Origin: Oculina patagonica
Taxonomy: Eukaryota
Reading direction: 5' to 3'
Assembly (NCBI RefSeq): GCF_052425735.1
Contig: NC_135763.1
Span: 558,001 to 622,000, forward strand
DNA length: 64,000 bases
Shown: positions 23,953 through 35,892 of the stretch, piece after piece
How the letters are laid out: each line of letters opens with the position of its first letter
How positions within the stretch are numbered: position 1 is the first letter of the stretch
The notes under the pieces: generated by a model
Seen by the model: only the letters and a program-made list of their open reading frames with translations
The model's database searches: none
Told to the model about the DNA's origin: nothing
Position numbers and translations under genes: made by a program

Positions 23953-26900
23953 TCAGCATATCTTGTCATCTTTAATTTTCTCGTAGTGCCCGTAGGTCAG
24001 GTTGTACATCTTCATCTGTGATAACTGAAGATCATTCCGTCTGTAGCCAGCAATTGAACCCTCTTGAAAGGTCTTGTAAGAAAAACCACATGGTGCACCC
24101 TGGGTCAACACAAAACCACACTCACTGTAAGTTAATAGATCCCTCAATCCAAATGGTATTTACAAAATGCTGTAACAATGAGACTGAACTTCAAGCTAAA
24201 AATTAAATTATTTTTGTTTTAAATAATTCTCATCACAAGGTTTGACTGTATTTCACAGTTAAAAGCTTCATTTGCATAAATAGGCAGACCTCCTGACGAG
24301 AACTATTATTATTCAAATCGATCCAAAGTCAAGAATGAATGTACATTGCCCTATTTTTCTAACAGATTCCACTACTCTTGAGTAAAATTTTAAAAAATGG
24401 CAGTAAACACTCAAGGTGTACCTTCGAAAATAAATCCCGAATTCTACTCTGCAGTTTTCAGGTTATCATTCCATGTTTCTAGTAATTGTGGTTAATAACT
24501 TGTTGCACTGTTTGTAAAGTCAATACTGACCTCATTAGCAAACAAAGTCATGAGGAATCTTCCTGGCTTGAAAGCATCAAGAACTTTGCTGATTAGTTCT
24601 TTATAGCTAGTCTACAAGGAAAGACAACATTGTTTAAATAAAATTATGGTGAAAATTACTGTGTATAATAATTTTTTATCCAAGATACACCAAACAGAGC
24701 TATAACTTCCTTAAAACAAGTTCTCTACAAAGAATAAACCAACTAAGAAATTTTCTAAATTGCAGACAAAATATCTTCAATAATCCAAATACTAATACAT
24801 TTTTTTTAATATTACCGTAGTTCGGATCTTTTCCACTGTCCTCATAAATTGTATTGATTAGGTTCCTAAATTTGTATCTTTTGACTTACCACTTTAACAT
24901 TAGTTTCAAAACTGACATATGAACACTCTTCTTGCGGTGTTATGTGAATGCTGAAGTAACTGTCCTGTTGGAGAGATAAATTTACAAGAAGCAGTAAGTC
25001 TAGAAGCTGTGGCCTGATCATGGCTTGACTTCCCAATATTAACAATAATTATAATGATTTACTTTAAATAACAACTTTTTTGTTTTTGTTTTTTTAAATA
25101 ACAACTTGAGTAGCCAGAGGTCTCTTAAATTGAGCGACTTGCTTGTTTGCAACATTGTAAATAGAGTTTACTTATTTATAAATGATTTAATCAAATTAAT
25201 TCCTTTAATTTTCTAGAGAACTAGCTTTCAGTTAACCCACTGATGTCTGTGCGGGCTAAAGCTGGCCATCGCGAGCATTGGACTTTGTTCCACAAAATCA
25301 TCTTTGCCCAAACAAGGCATCACATAAACCCAACTGAAAATCTACAGACGGAAAAGATCTTTCCAAATATCGGTACGCGTAAAAATGCTTAGAAATTTGA
25401 GTACAAAATTTGGAGAAAAATTTTCCTCTTCTACCCTTGGCTACTCCGTGGTGAAAATTTTCATTGATACTTTCACATGTCGAATATTTGAACTGAAAGC
25501 AAGCCCACATGTCCCAATATTTGACAGCATATACTTTGCCAGTCTCCCTCGCAGCCAGTTTTAGTGTCATCCCGCAATGTGGGGAGGAGCATTGCATGAT
25601 GACACTAAAAACGGCTGCAAGGAGTCTAAAATGTTGCCTGTATAGTGACAAATATTCTACTTTAATTAAAAAAGACCCTGCTCACCCGGAGGTGTTCCGA
25701 GTCAGGGAACCACTCTGGAGTAGCGACGTTGTTGTTCTTTAAGGCCAAGATCTGTTTACATTCAGTAACAAATGTTATTGATCATGGTGTCATTTATTTT
25801 AAAAACAATTCAGGAATGTCAAGTGAATTCAGGACCTCAATTATTTAATCATATAGCTGCTAAGTACATATGATTAAGACAACCAAGAATACCAAACAGC
25901 AAAACAATTGAGAAAATTGTGGTTGTCAGACTAGAAAAAACTTTTATTTAGGGATGTGTTCCTTTAGGATAATCTGGATCAGGATCAGTGATCCAAGATC
26001 ACTTGGTTTGTCGTGCATCAAAAAAACCAATGGATCCACTCTGGGCAAGGATCCATCGGCTCTTTGATGCATGATGATCCAAGTCATCTTTGATCATTGT
26101 TTCTTCTCCAGATCAGCCCAAAGGAATGAACCCTAAGCTCTGAAATTGGTGAGAAGTGCTAAAAATGTACCAGTAGCTGCCAGAAAAAATTGTCATGTAA
26201 TTGGATTTTTGGTCCATGGTCACCATATCATTTGACACCCATAATAATATCATAAATAAATCAAAATTAGTCACTTAAGAAATGCTTGTCACCACTTTAC
26301 CATTACACAGTCAAAGACCAAACTGAAACATTCTAGGTACTCTTTCACAATAGGGAGAACCTGAACTAATTAAAAAACCAGTCACCAGTATATGGCATGT
26401 ACTTCATGTGATTAAGCACTTACATCCAGAAGTCCATTAGCTGAATAACCACAAGGATCAAACAAAGCTGCATCGATCAATGCCCCAGGAAGAAAATCAC
26501 CTATGCCTGTTGCCTAGAAAAAATTAAATAAAAATAAAGAGTTTCTTTTATCAAATATAATTATGTAAATGGTCAAGTACTTACTAATTTTTCTTCAGAC
26601 CTGTCAAAATATTAAAAAAACAATAATAACAATAATAATAAAAATAATATCTTTTATTTAGACACGATAAATTTACAGCATAGCTGATGTGGTCGTGCAT
26701 AAGTTAACTAAAAAATAATCAAGACCATAGCTGGAAAATTCCACCGTGGGGAATAACTACAGAAGCTAATCTAGCTAGGAGGATGATATATGACATGAAA
26801 AAGAACCTTTTTTATTTTCAAAAATAAATAATAATATTGTTCACTTCTACAGGTAATTGCTTACTGTAGTCACTTCATCAGCATCAGAAAAGGCTGTTTT

Positions 26901-29900
26901 GTAGAACTTGTCCATAATTTCTCTATCAAGATCAAGCATCAAAATGTGTGCAGGTTAAGGATTCATAATAAGGTAAAAAGTGTTTCTTATACTTCTCTAG
27001 CAAGAGTGCTTTACACACGGAAATTGTGTTGGAATCTAAAGCTGATGAACAACTTCTTTCAGTGATTGTTTTTAACTCACTTCGTCTATCAAATACTGCA
27101 GTATTACATTGTGAAATATTTACTCAAGGAATTCTTTGAACCATGAACTTTACAGTTACGTATTCCGATAAAAGTCAGTTAACAACAATAAGCAGTACTC
27201 TTAGTAACGACATGGTTAAAAATGTTTGTTTCTATAAGTGACTTGTCTATGCTTCTAAAGGATATCTCCAATGTTTGATCTGGCTCAGTTACTCCTGGTA
27301 AAATATTGTGAAGAGTATATAGGTACCTAGAAAACAAAGTGACACATCACTGACGACATGACAAGGTGACAAATCAGTATGCTTCAAATAAATTACAAGT
27401 TTAAGTATATGAAAGGGTATGTAAATCCATCATTAAGGTTTTTAAAAGGGCCTTGAATTAAAATATTTCGAACAGACGCAATTTATGGCTGTACTATTTT
27501 AATTTATAAAGCGCAACATGAAAATGACAAGAAAACGTCCTGTTCTAAGTCTATGCCATATCTTTTAGGTATATGAAAGGGGTACCTTTTTTCAGTAAAA
27601 GGTATACGAAAGGGGTACAATTTCTGTGAAAATGGTATATAAAAGGGTAAGGGGTAAGAGCTTGGGGCGGAGCCTCCCCGTATAAAACTTTTTTGAGTGC
27701 CCCCCCCCCCCCGGGTGCCATGATGCATGTAGATAAGTATCCTAGTACCTATAATAAAACCCAAATAAAATCAAAGTTGTTTAAAAGAAAAACATAATCT
27801 GTTAAAGAAAAATGGAAAGCAACATCACAAAAATTCTCATAAAAGAATTTTGGAAAAGATGTGTGACCCTCCCCTTTTGGTGCTCACTTTCACTGATGCC
27901 CCCCCCTCCCTCTTAGGCCCCAGCCCTCTTTCTCTCTCCCCCCCCTCCCCTAAGAAAAAAAAGTACCTTACTCAATTTTTAGTTTTCTGTTAGTTCTTAA
28001 TGCTAGGCATGCATTATTCGAATCAAAATCAGGACAAAGTGAGTTACTGTCTGTTGCCAAGCTTACCATGTGTCAGGACCATTCAACCGTCCAAGAGCAT
28101 ACCCTGCACCATCTAACACAATAAAGATGGATTTAAATTTAAATGCAAATTGAGCACTTGCTTGCTTATAGACTTGTTCAGTTAACAAACCAATCAATGC
28201 ATAACTTGATATATATGCAAACCTTATTTTTATTACTCTCATTACACAACTGAAGAGATGTGATATTTAATTTAGGCTTAAGGTTATTTTCCATATCCTT
28301 ACACCTTTCTAGACAGAACACAGCGACAATAAAATCAAAGAAACCCTTACCTGGAAATAACTGATCTAGCCATTGGACCTAAGAAAAAATGATAAAGATT
28401 CTAAAATCAGTTGAAAGCCGACCAAAAAACTATAATTTTATTATTGAATTGATATGCATAATACCAGTATGTTATTTTAACCTGCCATATACATTGTAAA
28501 AATAGTAAGAAATAATAATAATTATAATAAATTATAATAAAAGAAATACTGTCAATGTGTATTACATCCAAATCATTTTGAATGTTTTTTATATTTTTTT
28601 CAATTTATGGAGTAAAAATGTGAGAACTATTAATAATAAATTTAGAGAATTAAGCATATTAAACTAATTTTAAAGGAAATTCCATGTTTTGAAAAAAATG
28701 TTACTTTATCAGTTATCGTATGGCATAATGCAAACTTAGACAAAATTAAAAGTGCTATTATGACCAACAATTTCCTATAACAAATACCATCCTTCTTTAT
28801 CCCGAGGACACTCATGAGCAAGGTATTTTGACAATGGTAGTCCTACAATTTATTTTTAGGAAGCTAGCTGAACTTTCTAATAAATAATTCTCACTGACCT
28901 CTTGTTGGAATGTTTGATGAGGTTCAGGCTGAAGGTTGGGTGCTTGGTAATTCATACGAGAGTAAAAGAAATCCTAGAAAGAAATGTAAACACAAAATTT
29001 GTAAAAACAAATGAATAAGTAACATTCATGTAGTACATAATTACACAATTGCAATAAAATATACAAAGAATGTAATTTTTTATTAGATGCTCCAACCAGT
29101 GATTCAACTGACAGTATTGTTATAGCTTAAAATAAATTTCAGGTTAAAATGTTTTCAAACTAATTTGAATTGCAGTTTTCTTTTGTTCTACATACCACAA
29201 TCTTAAACAAAGGTAAATACTAATTGAACTAGTTTGAAATCATTTTGACTTAAAATGTGTTTTAAACTTAGTACATATGAACAATGCACCACCATTATTT
29301 TACCTTACGGTTTGTTCTTAAAGATTAAACAAATCCATCCATACCTGCACCTCCGTCAATCCACACTCGACCTTAGCCAGTTCCAACAGCGGCTTGATGC
29401 AATACAAGAGTGTTGTTTGGCCACAAGTCTTCAGGATAAGACGTTCTCGTGACACAAACATGCTGCTCTCACTGGAGAGTTAAAAATACAGTGTATTAAG
29501 TAAGTGTAGTGGCCCAACAGGCCAGAACTTATCTTGGTTTCTGTAGCATGAAGTGACTTAGAGGAGTATTTCTCAGGATTACTCCCAGCAATTAATTTGC
29601 TGGTGCCCATTCACACACCTGGGTGGAGAGAGGCACTATGAGAATAAAGTGTCTTGCCCACAAAGACAGTGCAGAGCCCCGGCCAGGGCTCAAACCCACA
29701 CTACTTGATCCAGAGTCCAGCGCCGTAATCATTAGGCCACCATGCCTCCCAAAAATAGTGTTCAAAGTTGTTAACAATTTGTTAGAAAATTAAGTTGAAA
29801 CAAACTGCAACTTGATTTGTCCAGGAGAATTTTCACAACAAATGATTATCCAAAATTTTGCAGTGAACATTAATACTTTTGCTCTTAGAGCCTTTGAAAA

Positions 29901-32044
29901 CAAATTCAAATCAATATAGTACCAAACCATTACATCACATTACTGGTATGTTTTTTTTTACCCTCTGACCATACAAAACCAATTATTAATTTTAAAGTCA
30001 TCTGTAAGTGAATACAAACTAAAATCTGGCTCTTTCCTGTGGAAAATTATACTGGTAAGAAATACTGCTTTTCCTGGCAATTTTTGTGACATTTTACCTG
30101 AGAAGGAATGCAATCATGTCATCATTCCTCTTTTCACTGATAATTGTACAGTTAACAAGCATTAAAAGCTCTGACCATTTCTCCCTGGAAATAAAACAAT
30201 GAAAAAAATCAACAAGTGCATTTCTTAAAAAACTACATAATAATAACAAACTCACAGATAAGTCTACAATACATTTCAAGGGGTAATAGTTACATCTTGA
30301 CATTTTCCTTTACAATGTGACCTTTGGTTGTGTAGCCATTTTATGTAAATATGGTTATGATGTATCTTTGTATTTTGATAACTTGAATTTATAAAAAAAG
30401 TAATGGAATGGAGACGCAAGTAGACAAGTTAAAAACTTGCGTCTCCATTAGATCGGGGCTTGCGTGCACTTGCGTTGATTGCAATCACTTGCGTTAAATT
30501 TGGTCATGATCAAATTTTCTGTACAAATTTTGACTCTTTAGCCCCCTAGGCCTCCCCCTAAGAATTTCCATTGACCTTCCTTGGGGTGGGTGTAGATATT
30601 TTCTGGAACTGCACAATACCAGATTCCAAGGGTAAAACTGAACTACAATGTAATATTTTTTTATTGTAGTTAAAGATTTACAGGGAATGAATGATATGGC
30701 AATGAACCAAGCACAATCGCATGTAGGTCCTACTAATTACGAGCGTTTTCTATTTAAAGTCAGTATTGCTTATTTCTTGTTATATCAATTCTGAGAATTT
30801 GGAATCCCCTAGTTAGTCATTTTCTTCTCTCTCATTACCTGTTAGTTTGAAAATAATGAAGATGAAATGTTCAACATGACACAAGCAAATTGGTGCAAAG
30901 AAAAATTCTGAGTCCGCAATGGGAGTCAAGCCCATGGCCTCCCAGATACCGGCTGGGCGCTCTAACCAACTGAGCTACAAGAGACTCGTGGTGAGCTGGG
31001 CTATTTACTAGGTTGATATGTGACACGCATTCTGCATACTGCTAGGATAGGCAATTAATGTCAAAATTACCAAGTGCGTACTGAGCTAAAAATTTAGCAT
31101 CTTTATTATTTACTACACAGTTGATGATTTCGACATTGCTGATCCTAGCAGCATGCATGACGCATGTCATATATCAACCTGGTGAATGGCTCAGCTCACC
31201 ACGAGTCTCTTGTAGCTCAGTTGGTGAGAGCGCCCAACCGCTATCTGGAGGCCATGGGTTTGATTTCTCTCCGGGACTCAGATTTTTTTTTTATTTAATA
31301 CCGTGCTTAAAATTTACCATCTTTGTTATTTAATAGTTTGACAAATTATGTCTAAAAAGAAGGAGAGACAAGATATTGCTCATTTAATTTTATAACACCT
31401 GTCATACCACCCACTGACGCAAATACATGTCTTAGAATGCATAACAATGTGAAAGCTGCATTATATTGAGTTCATTTGCAGCAAAAATACAGTCCCTGTT
31501 GTCAAATTAAAAATATTACATCAGTCGCAGTGGTCACAACTGCCATTTATCAAACAATAAAAGCATCTAAACCACACCTCTGAGCTTAGGACTTGCAAGC
31601 TGTTGTAACCATGCAAACATGAAGTCTTATAAAAATATGAGGTACTTTTAAACCCAGCAAGGCAGGCATTACAACGTAGAACGAAAAAAAAAACTTTTAA
31701 CATTTTTTACCACAAACCTTTCTGATTTCCTTAAGCTTACATTATGGGTTTCTGCTTACATGCAATGCAATTTCACGATTAACTAAGTACACGTATAAAG
31801 GCTTAAATTTTGTACACTAAAATCTTGGATTCTCGCATCTGTTCAGCATTGCCACAGCTGCTTGCCCAACCCAAGTAACTCATAGCAAAATAACAATCAC
31901 AGAAAACACAAAACACGCTTTTGATTACCTTGGAATAGTTCTCAAATCACCGGATAATCCCGAAGCACTGTCAGCTCCCAAAACCGGTGTCCACCACACT
32001 TCCATGAGCTTTTCGGGTCCCTCGAAAAATCCCACGCTTTCCAT
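23953..32044 (-). CDS. AMD1: S-adenosylmethionine decarboxylase proenzyme (337 aa, 12 exons)
   Basis: Exons 32044-31929 (FEGPEKLME), 30184-30098, 29471-29345 (SESSMFV self-cleavage site, ILKTCG), 28973-28899, 28378-28351, 28112-28067, 27326-27266 (PDQTLE), 26945-26865, 26513-26424 (FDPCGYSAN), 24964-24890 (IHITP...YVSFETN), 24611-24531 and 24099-23953. They total 1014 nt in one open frame. Confidence 0.97.
25951..26133. mobile_element. PIF/Harbinger-type MITE
   Basis: TTA|GGG...TTCCTTT...AAAGGAATGAACCC|TAA. Confidence 0.65.
26946..27265 (-). other. U12-type (minor spliceosome) AT-AC intron, AMD1 intron 7
   Basis: The 5' splice site is ATATCCTTT starting at 27265. The branch site TCCTTAAC is at 26961-26954 and the intron ends ...CTGCACAC. 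Removal joins QTLE|ILMLDLD in frame. Confidence 0.95.
27397..27715 (+). mobile_element. MITE family CCCGGGGGGGTACTC, 5'-truncated copy 2
   Basis: Matches the 3' three-quarters of 21291-21703 and 62949-63376. Confidence 0.85.
29510..29750 (-). mobile_element. tRNA-derived SINE
   Basis: Reverse complement of the 33148-33420 family (GGGAGGC..GGTGGCCTAATG...CTGGACTC head). Confidence 0.75.
30900..31290. repeat. Inverted pair of tRNA-like repeat units in AMD1 intron 1
   Basis: About 30905-31050 and 31140-31285 are reverse complements, with an A-box-like TGTAGCTCAGTTGGT and a degenerate B box. Confidence 0.8.
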
Positions 32045-32381
32045 TTCTCGAATACATGCGACAGATGACTTAGGCTATCAGGCATAAACAATTTGAAGTC
32101 TTAAAATTCGAACAAGGACGAAAGAAACACACAAAGTCCGTGACAACAACCTCTAGACAAGTTTTACAGTGAAAATTCAGTGAAGCAAACACGTGTATCC
32201 CAGACTCCTTTGGCTGAAGCTGGGCAAGGGAATAAACAACCAATCAGAGCACAGTACTTAGTCTCTTTGCAGCAGGTTGTTGGGCTCTTCAATCACGTTG
32301 CGTGACGACCCAGAAGGAGACACAGTGCTTAGATGAATGCAGAATAATCAATTCCTTTATCTCATACCGATACGGTCTTAA

Positions 32382-32651
32382 GGCCCGGCAAAACGAGGTA
32401 ACATGTTTCCAGAAACATGCTGGGAACCTGTTTCCATAATTGTTTCCTCGTTTTGCTATGCTTACATGCCGCGCGGAAACACGAAATGTTTCTGCCCTGG
32501 AGCAGAAGCAAATTTTGGTGAATTTTGCTTCCTGGCAACAAAATTGACACTGGAAACAATGCTTCCCGTGTGGCAACGCCGGAAAACATTTGGGAAAACA
32601 TGCACGCGCTACGGTTGTTTTTGGAAACGTGTTTCCTCGTTTAGCTAGGCC
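32382..32651. mobile_element. PIF/Harbinger-type MITE upstream of AMD1
   Basis: TAA|GGCCCGGCAAAACGAGG...CCTCGTTTAGCTAGGCC|TT. Confidence 0.75.
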
Positions 32652-33147
32652 TTTAGTTAAGCTTACTCTTACCCATGTCCCCCCTTTAATGCCCTGGGAC
32701 GGTCGCTCAAGGGCAAGGCGGGAGAAGGCTCAAGGGAGATGAGAGAGCGCTTATTGGAGACAGGGGCCAGTATAAGACTAGTATTTAGGACATTGCCTTT
32801 ATTCTTTTTCCTTGTAGGGTGCTATTGGCTTTATTATTTTTCCTTTTCTAGCCTCATATTGGCTCCTGTCTCCCCCATTGTGCTAACGTCCCTTGGCTTG
32901 CACTTAACACTAAACCACTGGAATTTTTGCTGGGAACTGAAAGGGTGCATATTAAAAAACGCAAGCTGAGCATAACGGCATAAAACAAAAAAAATCAAAC
33001 GGGCAAATTCTCGGAACGTGCTGTACTGAATATAAAATACAAAACAAGCAGATCAGCAGGGAAAGGAATTTAAAGGATAATTCGAAACAGTCCGCAAATC
33101 GGCCGGCGCATGATGTGTTGAAATATGACGAGCTCTTATTCAGGCCG

Positions 33148-33420
33148 TGGGAGGCTCGATGGCCTAATAATTAGCGCGCTGGACTCCGGATCGAACGGGC
33201 CGGGTTCGAGCCCTGCCTAGGGTCACTGTGCCTCTCTCCACACAGGTGTATAGATGAGTACCGCCGAAATAATGCTGGAGGGGTGGGGGGGGGGGGGTTG
33301 GTGGAGACCCTGCGATGGACTAGCATCCCATTTAGGGGGGAGTAGAAATATTCCTAGCCGCTTAATGCTATCGAAACCCGAAACCGGGATAAGCTCCGGC
33401 AGTATGGGTCACTTGGCTCG
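33148..33420 (+). mobile_element. tRNA-derived SINE
   Basis: A box TGGCCTAATAATTAGCG and B box GGTTCGAGCCC. The body is shared with 29510-29750 and 62020-62235. Confidence 0.8.
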
Positions 33421-33462
33421 AGACTTCTAGGAGAAGGAACAGTTATCGGAGAGCTTTTGTGT

Positions 33463-33534
33463 TAGCCTTCCACGCAGTCGTTCTTAGGGGTGATCGTGTT
33501 AGGGCGCCCCTAAGAACGACTGCGTGGGAGGCTA
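33463..33534. mobile_element. Mini TAGCC...GGCTA element with 9-bp TSD
   Basis: Perfect TSD CTTTTGTGT on both sides of a 72-bp hairpin. Confidence 0.9.
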
Positions 33535-33998
33535 CTTTTGTGTAGGACGTACTTCTATTCTGAGGAAAGTTATTTTTGGAAGATAACGGTGAAACAGATT
33601 GTGTCATTTAGAAAACGTAAACAATATAATGAGGCAAAACAATATGAGGTACATATTCCGGCTCCTGAATGTAATGCAGTCACCATGTTAAAAATTTTAC
33701 TCCTCTTTTTATCACAAAGTTGTATTATTTTATGTAAGCAGTAACTGAAAGGGTAAATAAAGGTGTCGTTATCGTTGTTGTTGTGCAACTTCGAGTATAA
33801 TTTTAGATAATGTTATATAACACAAGAAGTCAGATTATGCAATTTCTTTGGGGTCAGTCAGTAAAACGTTTTTAAAATTTCATATTTCAACTTTTTAGCG
33901 TAGTACGGCAGGGTTTTCAACTCTCTCGATGTGAGACTGATCAGCTTCCATCACTGTTGTCTCTCCAAACTTTCCAAGTCCAAATCCTGACGTATTTC

Positions 33999-35892
33999 CT
34001 ATCCGCTCTTCACCCTCTGCGCGTGAGACCTGTCTCTTAAGCTTCTTAGAAAAGCCAACATCACTGCCGAGGAATTCTGCCAGCTCAGTGATGGAGCGCT
34101 GTAAGTTTTTTTAAAGTTCTTTTTGAAAAGTACATAAGTGAATGGATCCAGGAAGAAACTGACAATAATGAGCCTTAGGGAGAGGTTGTCCAGTTTGTTG
34201 CTTGGATACGCTCGGAAAACATTACAAAAGAGACGAATCTGTAAAGGATAGTAAAGAGAATGCAAAATTACGACATGGGATTTTTACGAAATAATAAAAG
34301 GTAGACGGGATAAAGGTCGTGGTTTTATGCAATTTGAAGGAGTTCCGTTGGCTCATAAATTAGCCTGCGAATACAGCCGCCCTCGTCGCTCCCGCTACTA
34401 CGTGAGGGCGGCTGTATTCGCAGGCTATCCATAAATATGACCAGAGGGCTTATTCTAACCGTGCTCATAGTAAATTTTCAATTTTCACCCTACATCAACC
34501 CCCTGACTAAGCAATTACGAAAACAACCAACCAATTCTTCCAATTCTGGAACTGCAGAGAGTTAAGGGTCCCTTCACAATGCTTGTCAATCTCGCACTCA
34601 AGTTTTCAGTTTCTTTGGGCAGGTAGAACATTTGGCTTCTCGTACTCAGATCTCGATCAGCAAAAACAAGAGTGGAATAAAAAAAATAAAATAATACTAA
34701 TTATAAAAAAGTTGGATTTGGTAAAGAAAGATATGCCGACACGTCCTTACCGTGACTGGTAACCAAGTAACGAGAAAAACAATAGACACCAGGGCCACAA
34801 ATTTTGCCATGCGCTCTTCTTGTCGAAAGGCAATTCTCCTCGCTCGGCGCCTGGCATTCATTTCTGACGGCAACACCGCTGACATGCGGCGTCTAATCCT
34901 TACCACAATGATAAACACAATGATATTTGATAAAGTCATGAGTGATGTGAGAAGTACACCACATGCGGCTATAGCCAGGATGTAAATTGTGTCTACGGGA
35001 CTAGTGGGGAACCAATCAAACTGACAGAAAGATTTTGAGCTTTGATTGAACTGATATCGCCCGGCGCCAGCGAAGGGAAGTGCTGCCAGAACCAGACAAA
35101 ATAACGTGAGAAATGCGCAAAATGTCCGTGTAAGGCAAGGAGAGGCGTGCTGTTTATAGAAGAAAGGTTTGTAAAGGGACAACACGCGATCTAAAGACAT
35201 GAAGGTGACCACGCCGCCTGAAGACAACCCGAATGCTGTGGTGAAAAACGCCTGTCGAGGAAAAATAAAACAATGTTAACTTCATTCCTGACTTGAGGGC
35301 TTGTATAAAAAATCTTGCCGACTTAACAAATTAATTAATTAATTAATATGATATACGTTCCAAATAAAATTTTCAAATACAACCGCGAGTTCAAGCGAGT
35401 CCTCTGAGTAGCTCCTTGAGTATATTTTTTGTTGTTGATCAGTGTCATACAAAAACAAATAGTAGGCAGTATACAACTTACGCTGAGAGCATACGGCTCC
35501 TTCGAGAGTGCATGGAGCTAAAAAACTATCATTAAAAGACAAACTGGAAATAAAAAAATTGGAAATAATAATTCATAATTTAATTGACGGACCTGCAGGC
35601 TACATTGTGGAGAATCCGCCATCCACTCCGCGCCTTTTACAAAGCCTCGGAAAACAAGAATGGCAGTTGAAAACACTCCAATAAAATCCACCCACACTAA
35701 AGCACCTACGAAAACCCCCGGCGGATTTTTGCCGATGAAGAAGTCTCTTCCAAGAGCCAGTACAGCTAAGCTGCAGCCGATAAGAGCGCTTACAAGCAGA
35801 ATGATTCCAATAATGAAGTTTGCTGCATCCTCATGTGTTTGCTCAGCTGATTCGTTAGTTGGAAGGCCTTGAGATGCGTTTGAAAAAGCCAT
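33999..35892 (-). CDS. Prostanoid (EP-type) receptor-like class A GPCR
   Basis: Exons 35892-35593, 35251-34751 and 34238-33999. Seven hydrophobic segments, MSLDR...YKPFFY, LPFAGAGRY...FCQFDW, WLP and DPFTY. The true stop may be 33895 if one A is missing at 34106-34112. Confidence 0.8.
34361..34427. mobile_element. Mini TAGCC...GGCTA element
   Basis: TIR TAGCCTGCGAATACAGCCGCCCTC with TSD-like CTCATAAAT/TCCATAAAT. Confidence 0.85.

Noticed and set aside
23950-23958. Cys-UGA at the AMD1 end as a selenocysteine codon
   Set aside because: AdoMetDC is not a known selenoprotein, the protein is complete at this point, and no SECIS could be recognised by eye.
31205-31280. tRNA gene
   Set aside because: The B box and stems are degenerate, and it is part of an inverted repeat element.
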